Shown: piece by piece, positions 1 to 10,509 of the stretch | Position numbering within the stretch: position 1 is the stretch's first letter | How the letters are laid out: the number at the start of each line of letters is the position of its first letter | From: Naegleria gruberi | Taxonomy: Eukaryota | DNA: 64,000 nt | Reading direction: 5' to 3' (one strand) | NCBI GenBank assembly: GCA_000004985.1 | Contig: GG738851.1 | Notes under the pieces: generated by a model | The model's input: only the letters and a program-made list of their open reading frames with translations | The model's database searches: none | What the model was told of the DNA's origin: nothing | Translations under genes and position numbers: made by a program

Positions 1-776
1 AAAACAGCAGCATTGGTATAATAGAGCGAGGAAGATACATCATGATGATGGTGATCATGATCAGCATCCATTTCAAAGCTCTTCTCCGTATTAAGCGACC
101 TTGGCTTGCAACAACTGAATGCAGCTGCAACTACCAGCAGAAGAACAATTCCAATCACAACCATTAATAGCAAGGAGAGGAAGGATATGGCTCCTCCTGT
201 GAGTGAATATTCGGAAATTAGAATCCTCAATGAAACTTTCAAATCTCTTGTTTCCATCAGCATTGTTGCATTGGAGTGAGGAATGGCCAAGATGTAAATA
301 TTAGAAATTTCCTGTGAAGACAAAGCTGAGGGGGATGTTATTCTCGTAGAAGTGTGCTTTTCCAAGAGTGAGTGCTTGTATTTCCCTTTCACTGATGATA
401 TATCTTCATTGTTCACATCAATATAGAGTGAAAATCCCGAAGATTTGAGCAATACATCAATAGAGTATTTGAATGAAGAAGTACTCGAATTAAGCTCAAT
501 GCAGAACAAGAAGGTTTCATTGAGCATGATGGTGTGGGTATATAAATTTTCGTGATTCAGAGCCAAATCATATCCCTTAATATGCATTTGATGATGCAGG
601 TGATGATGATGAGTAGTTTCGTTGTTACTTGTTTCCATCTGCACAATATCCTCGGCATTGTTATTCTTCATTATGAAACTCTCCCTTCCGACCACACAAT
701 AGGATAACAAACAAATCGTCATCATCATCAATACTATACTACACAACACACTTTCACTCCTCAGATTCTTCATCAT
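1..776 (-). CDS. Hypothetical type I membrane protein, 3' end outside window. It has an N-terminal signal-like hydrophobic segment, His-rich stretches and a TM segment near the C-terminal end.
   Basis: An open minus-strand frame runs from ATG at 776..774 to the window edge with no stop. The N-terminus reads MMKNLRSESVLCSIVLMMMTICLL, which is signal-peptide like, and there is a late hydrophobic helix. It is absent from the ORF track because it has no in-window stop. Confidence 0.4.
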   Translation of the reverse strand, partial: MMKNLRSESVLCSIVLMMMTICLLSYCVVGRESFIMKNNNAEDIVQMETSNNETTHHHHLHHQMHIKGYDLALNHENLYTHTIMLNETFLFCIELNSSTSSFKYSIDVLLKSSGFSLYIDVNNEDISSVKGKYKHSLLEKHTSTRITSPSALSSQEISNIYILAIPHSNATMLMETRDLKVSLRILISEYSLTGGAISFLSLLLMVVIGIVLLLVVAAAFSCCKPRSLNTEKSFEMDADHDHHHHDVSSSLYYTNAAV

Positions 777-916
777 TTAAGAGAGCAACTAATAAGACTA
801 TTTTAAGGTACAAGAGCAAATGAGCCCAATTTTTTCAAACAAATTGCATCTGTACTGCCCCAACAACAATGGTGCGTCCATTTTACTGTTTACAGTACTT
901 CCAGAACGGGATTTGA

Positions 917-1699
917 ATGAGATTGTTGTGGTTGACTGCAATGAGAAAAAAAATGGCAACACAACAACTAGAGTACACTTTTTTTATCGATCCAGCAGTC
1001 ATTCGTTCATTTCTGTTGCCGTTTCTAAATTTTAATGATTTTAGGAATTTAATGCAAGTGTCGAAGGAGTTTGCTCAGATTTTAACAAATCACGATGATC
1101 AAGAGCTTTGCTTTTCATGGAATGTAAATGTTGGAGATTTTGCAGTAATTGAAATACTGAGAAGGTATTCGGAGGATCTTGATGCAAATACAATTACTGG
1201 ATCGATGATTGGTGGAGCGAGAGGAGTTAACATTTCTTCCTTTTGGTCAATCTGCCCACAGTCACTCAGTTTCTTTTCAAACAATTGTAAAATTATTGGA
1301 ACATTCTTGCAGAGAATTGGAAAAGGAAAGGCAACTTTCTTGGAACTTCCTCCAGAATTTGATATTCAAAAATTGGTATTGATAACCAATTGGTGTGAAT
1401 GCCCAATTCAACGCCTGACAATTACTCACTCTGTAGTGGATTCGGTTTTTGATTTTAAAGGTCAGACACCCATGACCCAATATGTAATCCACAAGTCTGG
1501 ATGTAAAGAGCTGGTCATTAAATTGTCAGAAATAACTCAAGCATCTACCACTTTTTATTTGAAATGTGGAGAATCATGTGAAAAAATCAGTATGAAGAAG
1601 ATTAACCGTGAGAAACATGTAGAGCAATTTCATGAATATTCAAAAACAAAGGATGGTCTTTGGACGAGCAACACAGTCGATACTCCACCTTTTAAATAA
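917..1699 (+). CDS. Hypothetical protein with an F-box-like N-terminal region
   Basis: A 260-aa ORF. The N-terminal segment FLLPFLNFNDFRNLMQVSKEF resembles an F-box. The ATG at 941 is an alternative start. There is no other recognisable domain. Confidence 0.4.
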   Translation: MRLLWLTAMRKKMATQQLEYTFFIDPAVIRSFLLPFLNFNDFRNLMQVSKEFAQILTNHDDQELCFSWNVNVGDFAVIEILRRYSEDLDANTITGSMIGGARGVNISSFWSICPQSLSFFSNNCKIIGTFLQRIGKGKATFLELPPEFDIQKLVLITNWCECPIQRLTITHSVVDSVFDFKGQTPMTQYVIHKSGCKELVIKLSEITQASTTFYLKCGESCEKISMKKINREKHVEQFHEYSKTKDGLWTSNTVDTPPFK

Positions 1700-1905
1700 T
1701 TGAGCTTGCTTGAAATGTGTTAGAATAATAGAACCGATACGAAGCTACCACTTTATTTGTTACATTATTCGAAAGTACAACAGAAACAGATGAAGGAATT
1801 GATGATCAACCTGTTTCACATATTCCAATTGTAATCATTGAAAAACAAGGGAGAAATTTAATTAGCCAATTTGAATAAACAATTTCTTTAATAAAATTTA
1901 AAAAA

Positions 1906-2778
1906 ATGGCTAAAAGCAAATCAACAACACCACAAAAATCCGGTGGCAACAAGAAGTCGACACCATCATCAAAAAAGACATCATCCTCTCCGGTACCACC
2001 ACAACCAGAATTTAACTGGAAACGATTTTTAATTTTATTCGCAATTTTTCTATTAATTTTAGGCTTGATGAAAACAATCGAGTTTTTCAGTCCAGCCTTG
2101 GAGAAGACCGAAGGAACACTTGATATGAGATCACAGGGTTACTTTAGTGAGCCTCCAGAAATTGAAGTTTTTGAATTGTTGGAAAAGTTGGGATCGGATG
2201 GAAGATTTTCTCACTTGATTATTCAATTTATTGATGCTTTTATGTTTGTTCCTATTTATTGTATGGTCTATTCATATTTGTGGCTGTTGCTTGGTGAAGG
2301 AAGTTGGAAACCATTGATGATTATTCTTGTTGGTTTGAATGCTTTGGTGGACACTGCTGAAAATTTGAGTGTCATTACCTTGTTGTTGTGTTATCCATTC
2401 TTTAGTGGTGTGATGAATGTCAAGACACTTGCAGAGTCAACTGAACCAATTATGAGTTTATTGAGTAAGAAAATTAGTAGTGGAGATTGGCAAAGCATTG
2501 GACAAGTTATTGTGAAAGGTTTGGCCAGAAGTTTACATTCATTGACACCAACCAAGTTTATGCTTGTTGGCTTATTCTTTACAGTCTTGATGGTAATGAC
2601 AATTTTATCACATTTAACTCATCAAGCAAAGGAGGAAGAAGAAGAGGAGGCAAAACAAGCCAAGGAAGAGGCTGAAGCAGCCAATAAGGAACTTCCTCCT
2701 ATTAAAATTAGGTTGGCAAAGGGAAGTACAAGATTCGAGGAAGTCATAGATGAGGATAGCTCTAAAAAGAATGATTAG
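1906..2778 (+). CDS. Hypothetical membrane protein with a Lys/Ser-rich N-terminus, several TM helices and a Glu-rich C-terminal tail
   Basis: A 290-aa ORF. Hydrophobic helices are visible, for example ILFAIFLLILGLM and LMVGLFFTVLMVMTIL, and there is a poly-E tail. Confidence 0.5.
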   Translation: MAKSKSTTPQKSGGNKKSTPSSKKTSSSPVPPQPEFNWKRFLILFAIFLLILGLMKTIEFFSPALEKTEGTLDMRSQGYFSEPPEIEVFELLEKLGSDGRFSHLIIQFIDAFMFVPIYCMVYSYLWLLLGEGSWKPLMIILVGLNALVDTAENLSVITLLLCYPFFSGVMNVKTLAESTEPIMSLLSKKISSGDWQSIGQVIVKGLARSLHSLTPTKFMLVGLFFTVLMVMTILSHLTHQAKEEEEEEAKQAKEEAEAANKELPPIKIRLAKGSTRFEEVIDEDSSKKND

Positions 2779-3187
2779 AAATTGATGTTGTTGTTGGAGA
2801 AGTACTACCCAAAGAGGAGGATGATTGATCTAGCTCTGAATTATTATTCATAATGAAGCTCAATGACATTGGATAAACTTTGTCAAATATTGGTAAATGC
2901 CTAATTTCAAAAAAGTATTGTGGCCATTTGACTAGACCAAATTCGTCTTTCAATTCATAGAATCGTCTCTTGAGAGTGGATAGACTACAATTGAGTGCTT
3001 TACAGGCCTGTTGTTGAGATAAATGCAATACTTGGAGCATTTGCTTTTCAGATATTGTCTTTCTAAAGACAAATTCCTTCTCACCCGAAGTTGTTGGCAA
3101 TGGTTTACAATATTCTCCCTTCCATATCATAGTGACATACTTATTACTCTTCTTGGTTCTTCTATCTACACCTTGAGATTCTCTCAT
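2762..3187 (-). CDS. RWP-RK domain protein (NIN-like putative transcription factor)
   Basis: The motif ISEKQMLQVLHLSQQQACKALNCSLSTLKRRFYELKDEFGLVKWP matches the RWP-RK consensus. It has the HL...A.K.L..S.TTLKR.CR..G..RWP pattern in the relaxed form LVKWP. The 3' end overlaps the convergent neighbour by 17 nt. Confidence 0.55.
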   Translation of the reverse strand: MRESQGVDRRTKKSNKYVTMIWKGEYCKPLPTTSGEKEFVFRKTISEKQMLQVLHLSQQQACKALNCSLSTLKRRFYELKDEFGLVKWPQYFFEIRHLPIFDKVYPMSLSFIMNNNSELDQSSSSLGSTSPTTTSISNHSF

Positions 3188-3753
3188 TATTAGTTTGAAA
3201 TGGTTTTTTTGTATTATTTTATATCAAAATACATCCAGAAATTTGGCAGATTTTAAACAAAGTTTGAGATTGTCACAATGTTTAAAATCGAATATTTCTA
3301 GAATTACTTTCTTAAAATGTTCATAGTAATGCCTTAATCGGTGCGTATCTAGCAATGCTCGATTTCGATTATCTCCTTGACATACTTTTGTTTTCAACGC
3401 GTGTAAATGGAATAGAAAAAGAGATAGAGAACTTTCTGGGCATGATGTGTTTCATTACAAATTAATCTAAGGAGATTGATATTTAAAGGAATGATGTCAC
3501 ATCATGTCCCATTCGAATACATTTAGACAAACTTATGTACATTTTTGGTTTCGTATTGAGATTTGAATGAGGTTCGAAACACGAATTCAGACCCAACCTA
3601 ATTTGTCCATCGTTTCACGATATTTATCAACAACTTTCCAATACTTAATCTCAACTGCCTTATTTCTTAATTTTCAATAATTGCAATCGATAATAATTCT
3701 ATTTTTAAACCAATTATTCCATTTCAATACAAGACAAATCAATCTTAAAAAAA

Positions 3754-5496
3754 ATGGGAAAAAACTTTCGTAACAAAACATTGCCATCGGCCAATACCAG
3801 TCATTCGATGGCCTCGCCATTGCAAATCCCCTTTTCAGCTCGTACTTCAAATCAAAAGTCGCCAAAACATTATCTCCTTCCTAAACATTATCAAGAGATT
3901 GTCAAGTATTTTGTATCGAAGGAGAATACAAGTGATTTGGCTTTGATCTTGTTGAAAAGGTTATTCTCTCCTTCCGATTGGAAAATGTATTATTTTGATT
4001 ATAAAGAGTGGAATGAAAATGTTACAGAGTGTAGGAAAGATCTGAGAAAGATGATTCAAATGGGAACATTGCAATCACTCTTGAGAGGAAAGTATTTTGT
4101 GGAGGATTTGACTATAGTTCCTGTTGAACAGGTTGAGGAGGAGACACAAATTCCTATTCATGAGAGAGTGTTCGTGAGAAAGCCATACGTTCCGAGGAAG
4201 AAGGAAGAAGAAATAGTTGAGGAGGAACCAGAAACTAAAAAGAAAAAGAAGAGGAAGAATAAGAAGGTTGATCCAGAGGCTGAATTTGAATTGACTGCTG
4301 AGGAATTGGCGCATGATGGAACATTTGAAGGATTTGAAATTATGGGAGAGGAAGACAGACCACCTTTGGATGAAATTATCATGTTGAACGAAAGAAATTT
4401 GAAAAAGGATCCTAAAAAGGATAAAAAGGATAAAAAGAAGGTCACCAAACCAACATCTAAAAAACCTGAGGAAGAGGAGGAAGAAGTTTTCTTCTTTGAT
4501 GATGGAATTCCAGAAAAAGAAATTCCAGTCACTACAATTCATTTGGATTTTAATGCCATCAAGAAGATTTCAAGCTCTACCGAGCTCATTGATTGTGCAG
4601 AATTGGAATCTGTTGTACAAATATCTAAAAAGATGAATACAAAGGAAAATCAAACAACCAAAACAATATTCCAAGTAGTTGAAGGAGATATTTTGGAAGC
4701 AGCATTGGCCTTGAAGAAAAACTCAAAGGTCAATCCACTCGTGCTTGTCAGTGCAAGCCAAAATATCCCAGGTGGTTTATATGATAAGGGAGGAAATACA
4801 CAGGAAGAGGATATGTGCCGAAGAACTTCTCTAGCACTTTGCTCTGCTGATCCATATAGAATATCAGGTCGTACGTGGTTTTATCCATTGCCAGAGTTTG
4901 GAGGAATCTATGTAAACAATTGTCTCGTGATTAGAAAATCAAAATATGAAGGATATGCATTCTTGGAAAAGCCTACCAACATGTCAATGTTCTTATTGAG
5001 TCCTATAATTAATCCTCCAACAGAGAAGAAGAAATTAGTGGCAACAGAAAATTCTGGAGATGCAACTTCTGAGCCAGAATATGAATATTTCCTTCCTGCT
5101 AAACTCACAACCACAATGAAAAAGAAGATTGCCTCCTATTTGGAAGTTGCACTCAGTAAGGGACATGATGCTTTGGTACTGTCTGATTTTGGTTGTGTGA
5201 ATTCACATTCTAATCCTTCCTATCACATTGCCTCACTCTTTAAGGAAGTTCTAATGAGCGACTTGTTTAGAGACAAATTCAAGCATGTCTTATTTGCCAT
5301 TACTCTAGACACTGAACCAGACAGCAGATTGACCAGTATTATTGAAGATGTCGATGAAAGCTCAACAGTCGTCAGACAGGAAAGTTATGAAATTCAAAAG
5401 AAGAACAATCTCACCATCTTTTCTAAAATATTCAACAATAGTGAATCTGCACCAACTGTAGATGAACATTTCAAAAAGATCAAAGAATCATTGTAA
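3754..5496 (+). CDS. Macrodomain-fold protein of the bacterial-type PARG / DUF2263 family, with a long Lys/Glu-rich N-terminal extension
   Basis: The C-terminal half contains LVLVSASQNIPGGLYDKGGNTQEEDMCRRTSLALC. This fits the PARG signature GGG-x6-8-QEE as GG-x8-QEE, and the following EE-x-CR-S-L pattern is typical of DUF2263. The N-terminal part is low-complexity K/E-rich. Confidence 0.55.
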   Translation: MGKNFRNKTLPSANTSHSMASPLQIPFSARTSNQKSPKHYLLPKHYQEIVKYFVSKENTSDLALILLKRLFSPSDWKMYYFDYKEWNENVTECRKDLRKMIQMGTLQSLLRGKYFVEDLTIVPVEQVEEETQIPIHERVFVRKPYVPRKKEEEIVEEEPETKKKKKRKNKKVDPEAEFELTAEELAHDGTFEGFEIMGEEDRPPLDEIIMLNERNLKKDPKKDKKDKKKVTKPTSKKPEEEEEEVFFFDDGIPEKEIPVTTIHLDFNAIKKISSSTELIDCAELESVVQISKKMNTKENQTTKTIFQVVEGDILEAALALKKNSKVNPLVLVSASQNIPGGLYDKGGNTQEEDMCRRTSLALCSADPYRISGRTWFYPLPEFGGIYVNNCLVIRKSKYEGYAFLEKPTNMSMFLLSPIINPPTEKKKLVATENSGDATSEPEYEYFLPAKLTTTMKKKIASYLEVALSKGHDALVLSDFGCVNSHSNPSYHIASLFKEVLMSDLFRDKFKHVLFAITLDTEPDSRLTSIIEDVDESSTVVRQESYEIQKKNNLTIFSKIFNNSESAPTVDEHFKKIKESL

Positions 5497-5558
5497 AATA
5501 ATATCATCCATCATAGTAATTGATGACACACATGTAAAGAATCCTCACACATAAAAAA

Positions 5559-7868
5559 ATGTCTCACTATCTCAGGTCAACACCATTATTGTTGCCCTCT
5601 CTCAACAGCAAACCATCAACACTATTAAAACAATTGGTAGCCAAGGAGGATTCTGCAACATTATATCTTCATCCTCCGAATATTATTACCACAACAACAA
5701 CAGAGAGTGATGCATCCGAAACCCTTCTCGATGTTTACAAAATTAAACAAAAATTGGGTGAAGGATCTTTCGGTCAGGTTTATCTTGCAAAGATAAAATC
5801 GACAAAGGAAAGATTAGCACTCAAGAGAATTGTGACGAATTTGAGTGGAGATGAAACTGAGGATGAGACCGAAAAGATTATTTATGAAAATTTGCAGGAG
5901 TATTATACATTGCGTGATTTGAAAGATCATCCAGCCATTGTGAAGGTAAAGGACGTCTTTCTAATGAAGGACAAAGCATCACAACAGATTGGTCATGTGA
6001 GCTATTCTATGAAATTATATGAACATGGAAGTTTATTCGAATGGATTACTAAAAGAAAGGGAAGTAACAAGAAGATGGATTTTAGAATTTTAAAATCAAT
6101 CATGATTCAATTGTGTCTAGTATTGAAATTTATCCATCAAAAGGGTTTACTTCACAGGTGAGTATTAAAATTATAGAAAAATGGATGTTAATTTACTGTG
6201 TACAGAGATATTAAACCAGCCAATATCTTTATTGATTACTTGAAGACGGAAAAGACCTTCCTTCCAGAGGAATATTTCAAAGAGGAAGAATCTTCAATAG
6301 TTGTAATTTTGGGAGATTTTGGAACTGTTAGAAAGTACAATGAAGGATCTATGGTTCAAACTACAGTTGGATCCCAAATGTACATGTCACCTGAGATTTT
6401 ATATGGTGAAAATTATCAAGTGGATGCAGATGTTTGGTCTCTGGGAGCTTCTCTATTTGAACTTGCTACTTACAAGCCAAAACCAATAGCAATGATGCTC
6501 TACAAGAGAGAAGGTCCCACAATTAAAAAGAATTTGGAGGATGCTCTGCTCTTGAATAATGAATATATCAAGACAGAACAAGATTCTAATGATTGTTTGG
6601 AATTTATCAATTTAATAATGGACATGTTCACTCTGGAAGTTTCTAAAAGACCAACCATTGAAACCTTGCTCTCCTCTCCATGTTTAAAACCTCAATTAGA
6701 TAGAGTACTACTAATCACTTCCCAATACACCTCCCAAATGATTCAGGAAGAGAATGAGCTATTAGTGAAATTGGTAGAAGATTTGAAATACAATGTCACA
6801 TCAACTTCCTCTCAAGGATTGAAAACATTTATGAAAAAGAACCTTCTGGCAACCACAAAGGATAATGATGGCAAAAAGAATAATCTCTTACTTGTGGCAA
6901 GTTGGTGGAGTTCTAACTTGAGAATATTCCCGGTAGCTCCACAAAATGAAAATTCGCCTTTGGAAATATCTAATGTTCCCTACATATTGGAATTGAAATC
7001 AGATATAACCTGTGAACAAATGATGCCAGTAAGTGAGAGTGAGGTCATTCTTGGATTGCAATCTGGAGAAATTGTTAAAATTAGAAGAGAGGGCTCTCAT
7101 TCATTCAAGGAAATTTCCAGATTGAATGCACACAAGCATCGATTGAAATGCTTTAGACAACTCAATGATCAATATTTTGCTTCTGGTGCCTATAACAAAT
7201 CGGTAAAAATTTGGGATCTCACAAACTTGGAATGTGTTCAAACATTTAAACACGAAAGTGGACACGTCTTTGCGTTGGCTAGTACTAACTCATCAAGGAG
7301 TATACAAGAAACGTCCTTGTTCAGTGTTGGAGCAGATATGAGTATTTATGAATGGGATTTTGAAAAGTGTTTACAAAAGAGAGAAAAAGCTCACTCTGAT
7401 GAAATTTACTCCTGTCTCTACAATTCAAACAGTTCAATCCTCTTGACAGGATCTTTCAAGGAACTAAAAGGATGGGACAAGAGACAACATCAACCAATTA
7501 TCAACTTTTCACCTCATTCAAACTATATTAACAAAATTGTTGAAATTGAAAAGAGCTATGACGGACAGGAATTTAGAGATGGAAATCATTTCATTACATG
7601 CTCTAATGATGGATTTATCAAATTGTGGGATGTTAGAAAGTTACCAAGCAATAGCTCCACTTCATCTACCGACCAAGAATGCAAGTCGTTCAAAGTCAAC
7701 CTGGATGCTATCAAGACACTCCATGTTTATTCCAATACTATTTTCTATGGAACTAAGAGAGGTAGGATGGGAACACTTGATTTGAAAACTTTCACATCTA
7801 TCAAAACCTACAATGCCATTAAGGGAGTCGTTGGTGTAGTAGATGTTTCATCCATACAAATGTTGTGA
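5559..7868 (+). CDS. Ser/Thr protein kinase with C-terminal WD40 repeats; two exons joined across a 48-nt intron at 6158..6205
   Basis: The Gly loop is LGEGSFGQVY and the beta3 Lys lies in LALKRI. The catalytic loop LLHR|DIKPANIF is rebuilt only after removing the GTGAGT...TACAG intron, which is phase 2. DFG (ILGDFG), SPE, and the WD motifs SVKIWDL and GFIKLWDV are present. Confidence 0.8.
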
Positions 7869-7869
7869 A

Positions 7870-8877
7870 TTAACCACCAAAAGTCACAGTACTGAGAAGG
7901 AAAACCATCACTACAACTGAAATGGCAACGTAGAGGAGATTTCTTTTCATTATTCTAACAAAATCATGGTAATCCTTTGACATTTCAACAGGTTTTTTGA
8001 AAATCTTGAAAATTCTCAAATAATATATACACATCAATACATAGGGAACATCAGAAAATACCAATGCAACATCACGCAGAAATAACAAACGACCTAAATG
8101 ATCCAAACCTTGATCATGAATAACTTGCACAATATGAGTCAAACTAAAACTCAAAACAATCCAAAGCAAGTAATTCATTGCCTTAACCTTGCACTGCATT
8201 AAGGATCCATCCTGTTGAACAATCTCTGAAATGCTATTATTGAAAACTGATCGATTCCACTGTTTATCCAACAACATGCATGTAGTGAACAACATGACAC
8301 ATTCAGAAATGGTGAAATAGAACTGGTGCCAACTCAAACTATGAAAATCGTCATTGAAATAATTAAAGTGAGCTCCATATCCATAATAGACTCCAAACCA
8401 TCCGAGAATATAAATTGGAATGAGGGAGTAATTACAATTTCCACTCCAAATTAATTGAATTAAATTATTCAAACTCTGGTAAAATGAAATGACCATAAGA
8501 ATCGACACAAATACCAACCAAAGAGTCGTTCCTTCCACTTGATAATAGATATATTTGAAATTTCCTCTTGGATAAGGACCCTTAGCTCTTCCATCCCAAC
8601 AGTTACAAGAACATGTATTTCGCCATGTTGGATCATAGAAATCACTCTCCGATTCCAAAAGAGCATCATTGCATGCTGTACATGAGCCACCCTTAGTAAA
8701 TGGCTTAAACCACCCAAGACAATAGGGAACAATAAAATAAATAACATAAATACAGAGCATAATGATGCTAATTACTAGTAAGGTTCTCATCATGGCTATT
8801 AAGGAGGATTTTAAATTACTTGGCTGCTTATCGTGATGATGAGCAATTATCTCGTGTGAAGAATTTTCTGCTAGCAT
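7870..8877 (-). CDS. Hypothetical multi-pass membrane protein with a Cys-rich extracellular loop
   Basis: A 335-aa ORF with at least 5 hydrophobic helices and a cysteine cluster (CTACND...CSCNCWDG). Confidence 0.45.
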   Translation of the reverse strand: MLAENSSHEIIAHHHDKQPSNLKSSLIAMMRTLLVISIIMLCIYVIYFIVPYCLGWFKPFTKGGSCTACNDALLESESDFYDPTWRNTCSCNCWDGRAKGPYPRGNFKYIYYQVEGTTLWLVFVSILMVISFYQSLNNLIQLIWSGNCNYSLIPIYILGWFGVYYGYGAHFNYFNDDFHSLSWHQFYFTISECVMLFTTCMLLDKQWNRSVFNNSISEIVQQDGSLMQCKVKAMNYLLWIVLSFSLTHIVQVIHDQGLDHLGRLLFLRDVALVFSDVPYVLMCIYYLRIFKIFKKPVEMSKDYHDFVRIMKRNLLYVAISVVVMVFLLSTVTFGG

Positions 8878-8930
8878 TTGGAGGTAATTTTTTTATAGGT
8901 CATTATGCAATAATCAAGAACCAAGTTTAT

Positions 8931-10304
8931 TTAAAAGTTAATAGAGGCAGAACATCCCTTAGTAAGTAAGACAATGATTGGATAAACTGGCAATTGGAGT
9001 CCTTGTAAGGAAAATCTTTGTTGTGCTCCTTGCCTTATGGTGAGGGTTTTTGTGTTGCAATCAACTTCACAAAATATTTCATTAGAGTCAACAAAGTCCA
9101 ATCCTCGCAGAGTATTATTGAGAGTCTTGTCAGAACAAGAAAAGACATATCTATTACTTGTGAGAACGTCATAGTTGTGGTTGTTGAATGGAGATTTAAA
9201 ACATGTAAAATCCTTATTATCAAATACAGACTTTTGACAAACACCAATACCAATCCATTTACAAATATTTTTCAAGTCAACTCTCCACTCTACAACTCCT
9301 TCACTAATCTTCATTGAACTAATTACTACAGAATGTCCAGAATATGAGGTTTTGGTAAATAAATTTGCTTCTTTTGTAACATTATCTCTGTCATAGTAAA
9401 ATTCATCAGGAATAATATCTTGGATTGGATCTAAATGGCGATTGAGAAGGTAAGTAGTTGATGGAATATTAGCATTCACTCTTCCCAAATTTTCAATTGA
9501 ATCCAAAATTACTTTAAGCTTGTGTTTGTCACTTTCCAAACAAAAGTTGTTCAATTGTTCTGCACTACTAAATCTCAAATTGTTTTCCATCTTGTCATAG
9601 GTGCTATAAATTTTCTTTTGTAACAATATCTTGTTTCTAATCAGATCAATCTTTGACATTTCTTCAATTTTATCAATATTAATAAGAGCTTCCTTTTCAA
9701 TTACTTGCTTCATTTCTAAAATCTCTGTAATCAAGTTAATTCTTTCCACGGCCATGTCATTTAATGACTTTTTCAAGTATTCTCTTCTACTATTGGTCTT
9801 GTTAATTACTTCATCGAAGAGTTCATCAATTAAATCCATCTCAGCAATTTTTCGAATTTCAATTTGATGTAGTGTTTCATCCAATTTTGCACTCCCACCA
9901 ATCAAGTTATCAAATTGCAAAACTCTCTTTTGCAAGGTTTCCAAATCGACTCGGAATTTAATTTTCTCTTCATTGTAAATTTGATCAATCAAGAAACAAT
10001 CATGCAATTTATGCATCTCCAAACCACAAGCAGAACAAATAACTTGTTGACAATTTTTACAATAAGTATTGATCGGACAAGCATGAACATGACAAATTTC
10101 ATGATGATTCAAAATTAAATTATTAATTGGTAATGATGATGAATTATTATGCATCAATTCTTCCACAACGTGATCGGGATGTTTCTTTGCATGTCTCTTT
10201 CCATCACCAGAACAATAAAACAATCCACAATCATTGCAACGATATTTAGCCTCCACATGTTCACTCAAATCATCCAAACAAACCGAACAACTTTCTACTC
10301 GCAT
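8931..10304 (-). CDS. Zinc-finger (B-box-like) coiled-coil protein, TRIM-like without a RING domain
   Basis: The N-terminal C/H-rich modules are CSVCLDD...CNDCGLFYC...H..H and CHVHACPINTYCKNCQQVICSACGLEMH. A long heptad-rich coiled coil follows, then a beta-rich C-terminal domain. Confidence 0.5.
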   Translation of the reverse strand: MRVESCSVCLDDLSEHVEAKYRCNDCGLFYCSGDGKRHAKKHPDHVVEELMHNNSSSLPINNLILNHHEICHVHACPINTYCKNCQQVICSACGLEMHKLHDCFLIDQIYNEEKIKFRVDLETLQKRVLQFDNLIGGSAKLDETLHQIEIRKIAEMDLIDELFDEVINKTNSRREYLKKSLNDMAVERINLITEILEMKQVIEKEALINIDKIEEMSKIDLIRNKILLQKKIYSTYDKMENNLRFSSAEQLNNFCLESDKHKLKVILDSIENLGRVNANIPSTTYLLNRHLDPIQDIIPDEFYYDRDNVTKEANLFTKTSYSGHSVVISSMKISEGVVEWRVDLKNICKWIGIGVCQKSVFDNKDFTCFKSPFNNHNYDVLTSNRYVFSCSDKTLNNTLRGLDFVDSNEIFCEVDCNTKTLTIRQGAQQRFSLQGLQLPVYPIIVLLTKGCSASINF

Positions 10305-10509
10305 TTTTTACTATTAGAAACGTTCTAACTTCTTCTTGCGCTTTCATCTTTACACCAAGTTCTTCTTAATCTTCTTTTTCAAATTGCAAGTTTCATTTAA
10401 AAGCCTTAAATCATCTGTTGCACATGTTGAATTTATTTTTTTTTGAAAATCGTAAATAACAAAATGGCGGGAAGTTGCAACGTCAAGTTCATCTCAAAGA
10501 TTAAAAAAA

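Noticed and set aside
4075-4542. Minus-strand ORFs (155 aa and 124 aa) inside the PARG-like gene
   Set aside because: They are antisense to the Lys/Glu-rich low-complexity coding region. AAG/GAA repeats read as CTT/TTC (Leu/Phe/Ser) on the opposite strand. They are compositional artefacts.
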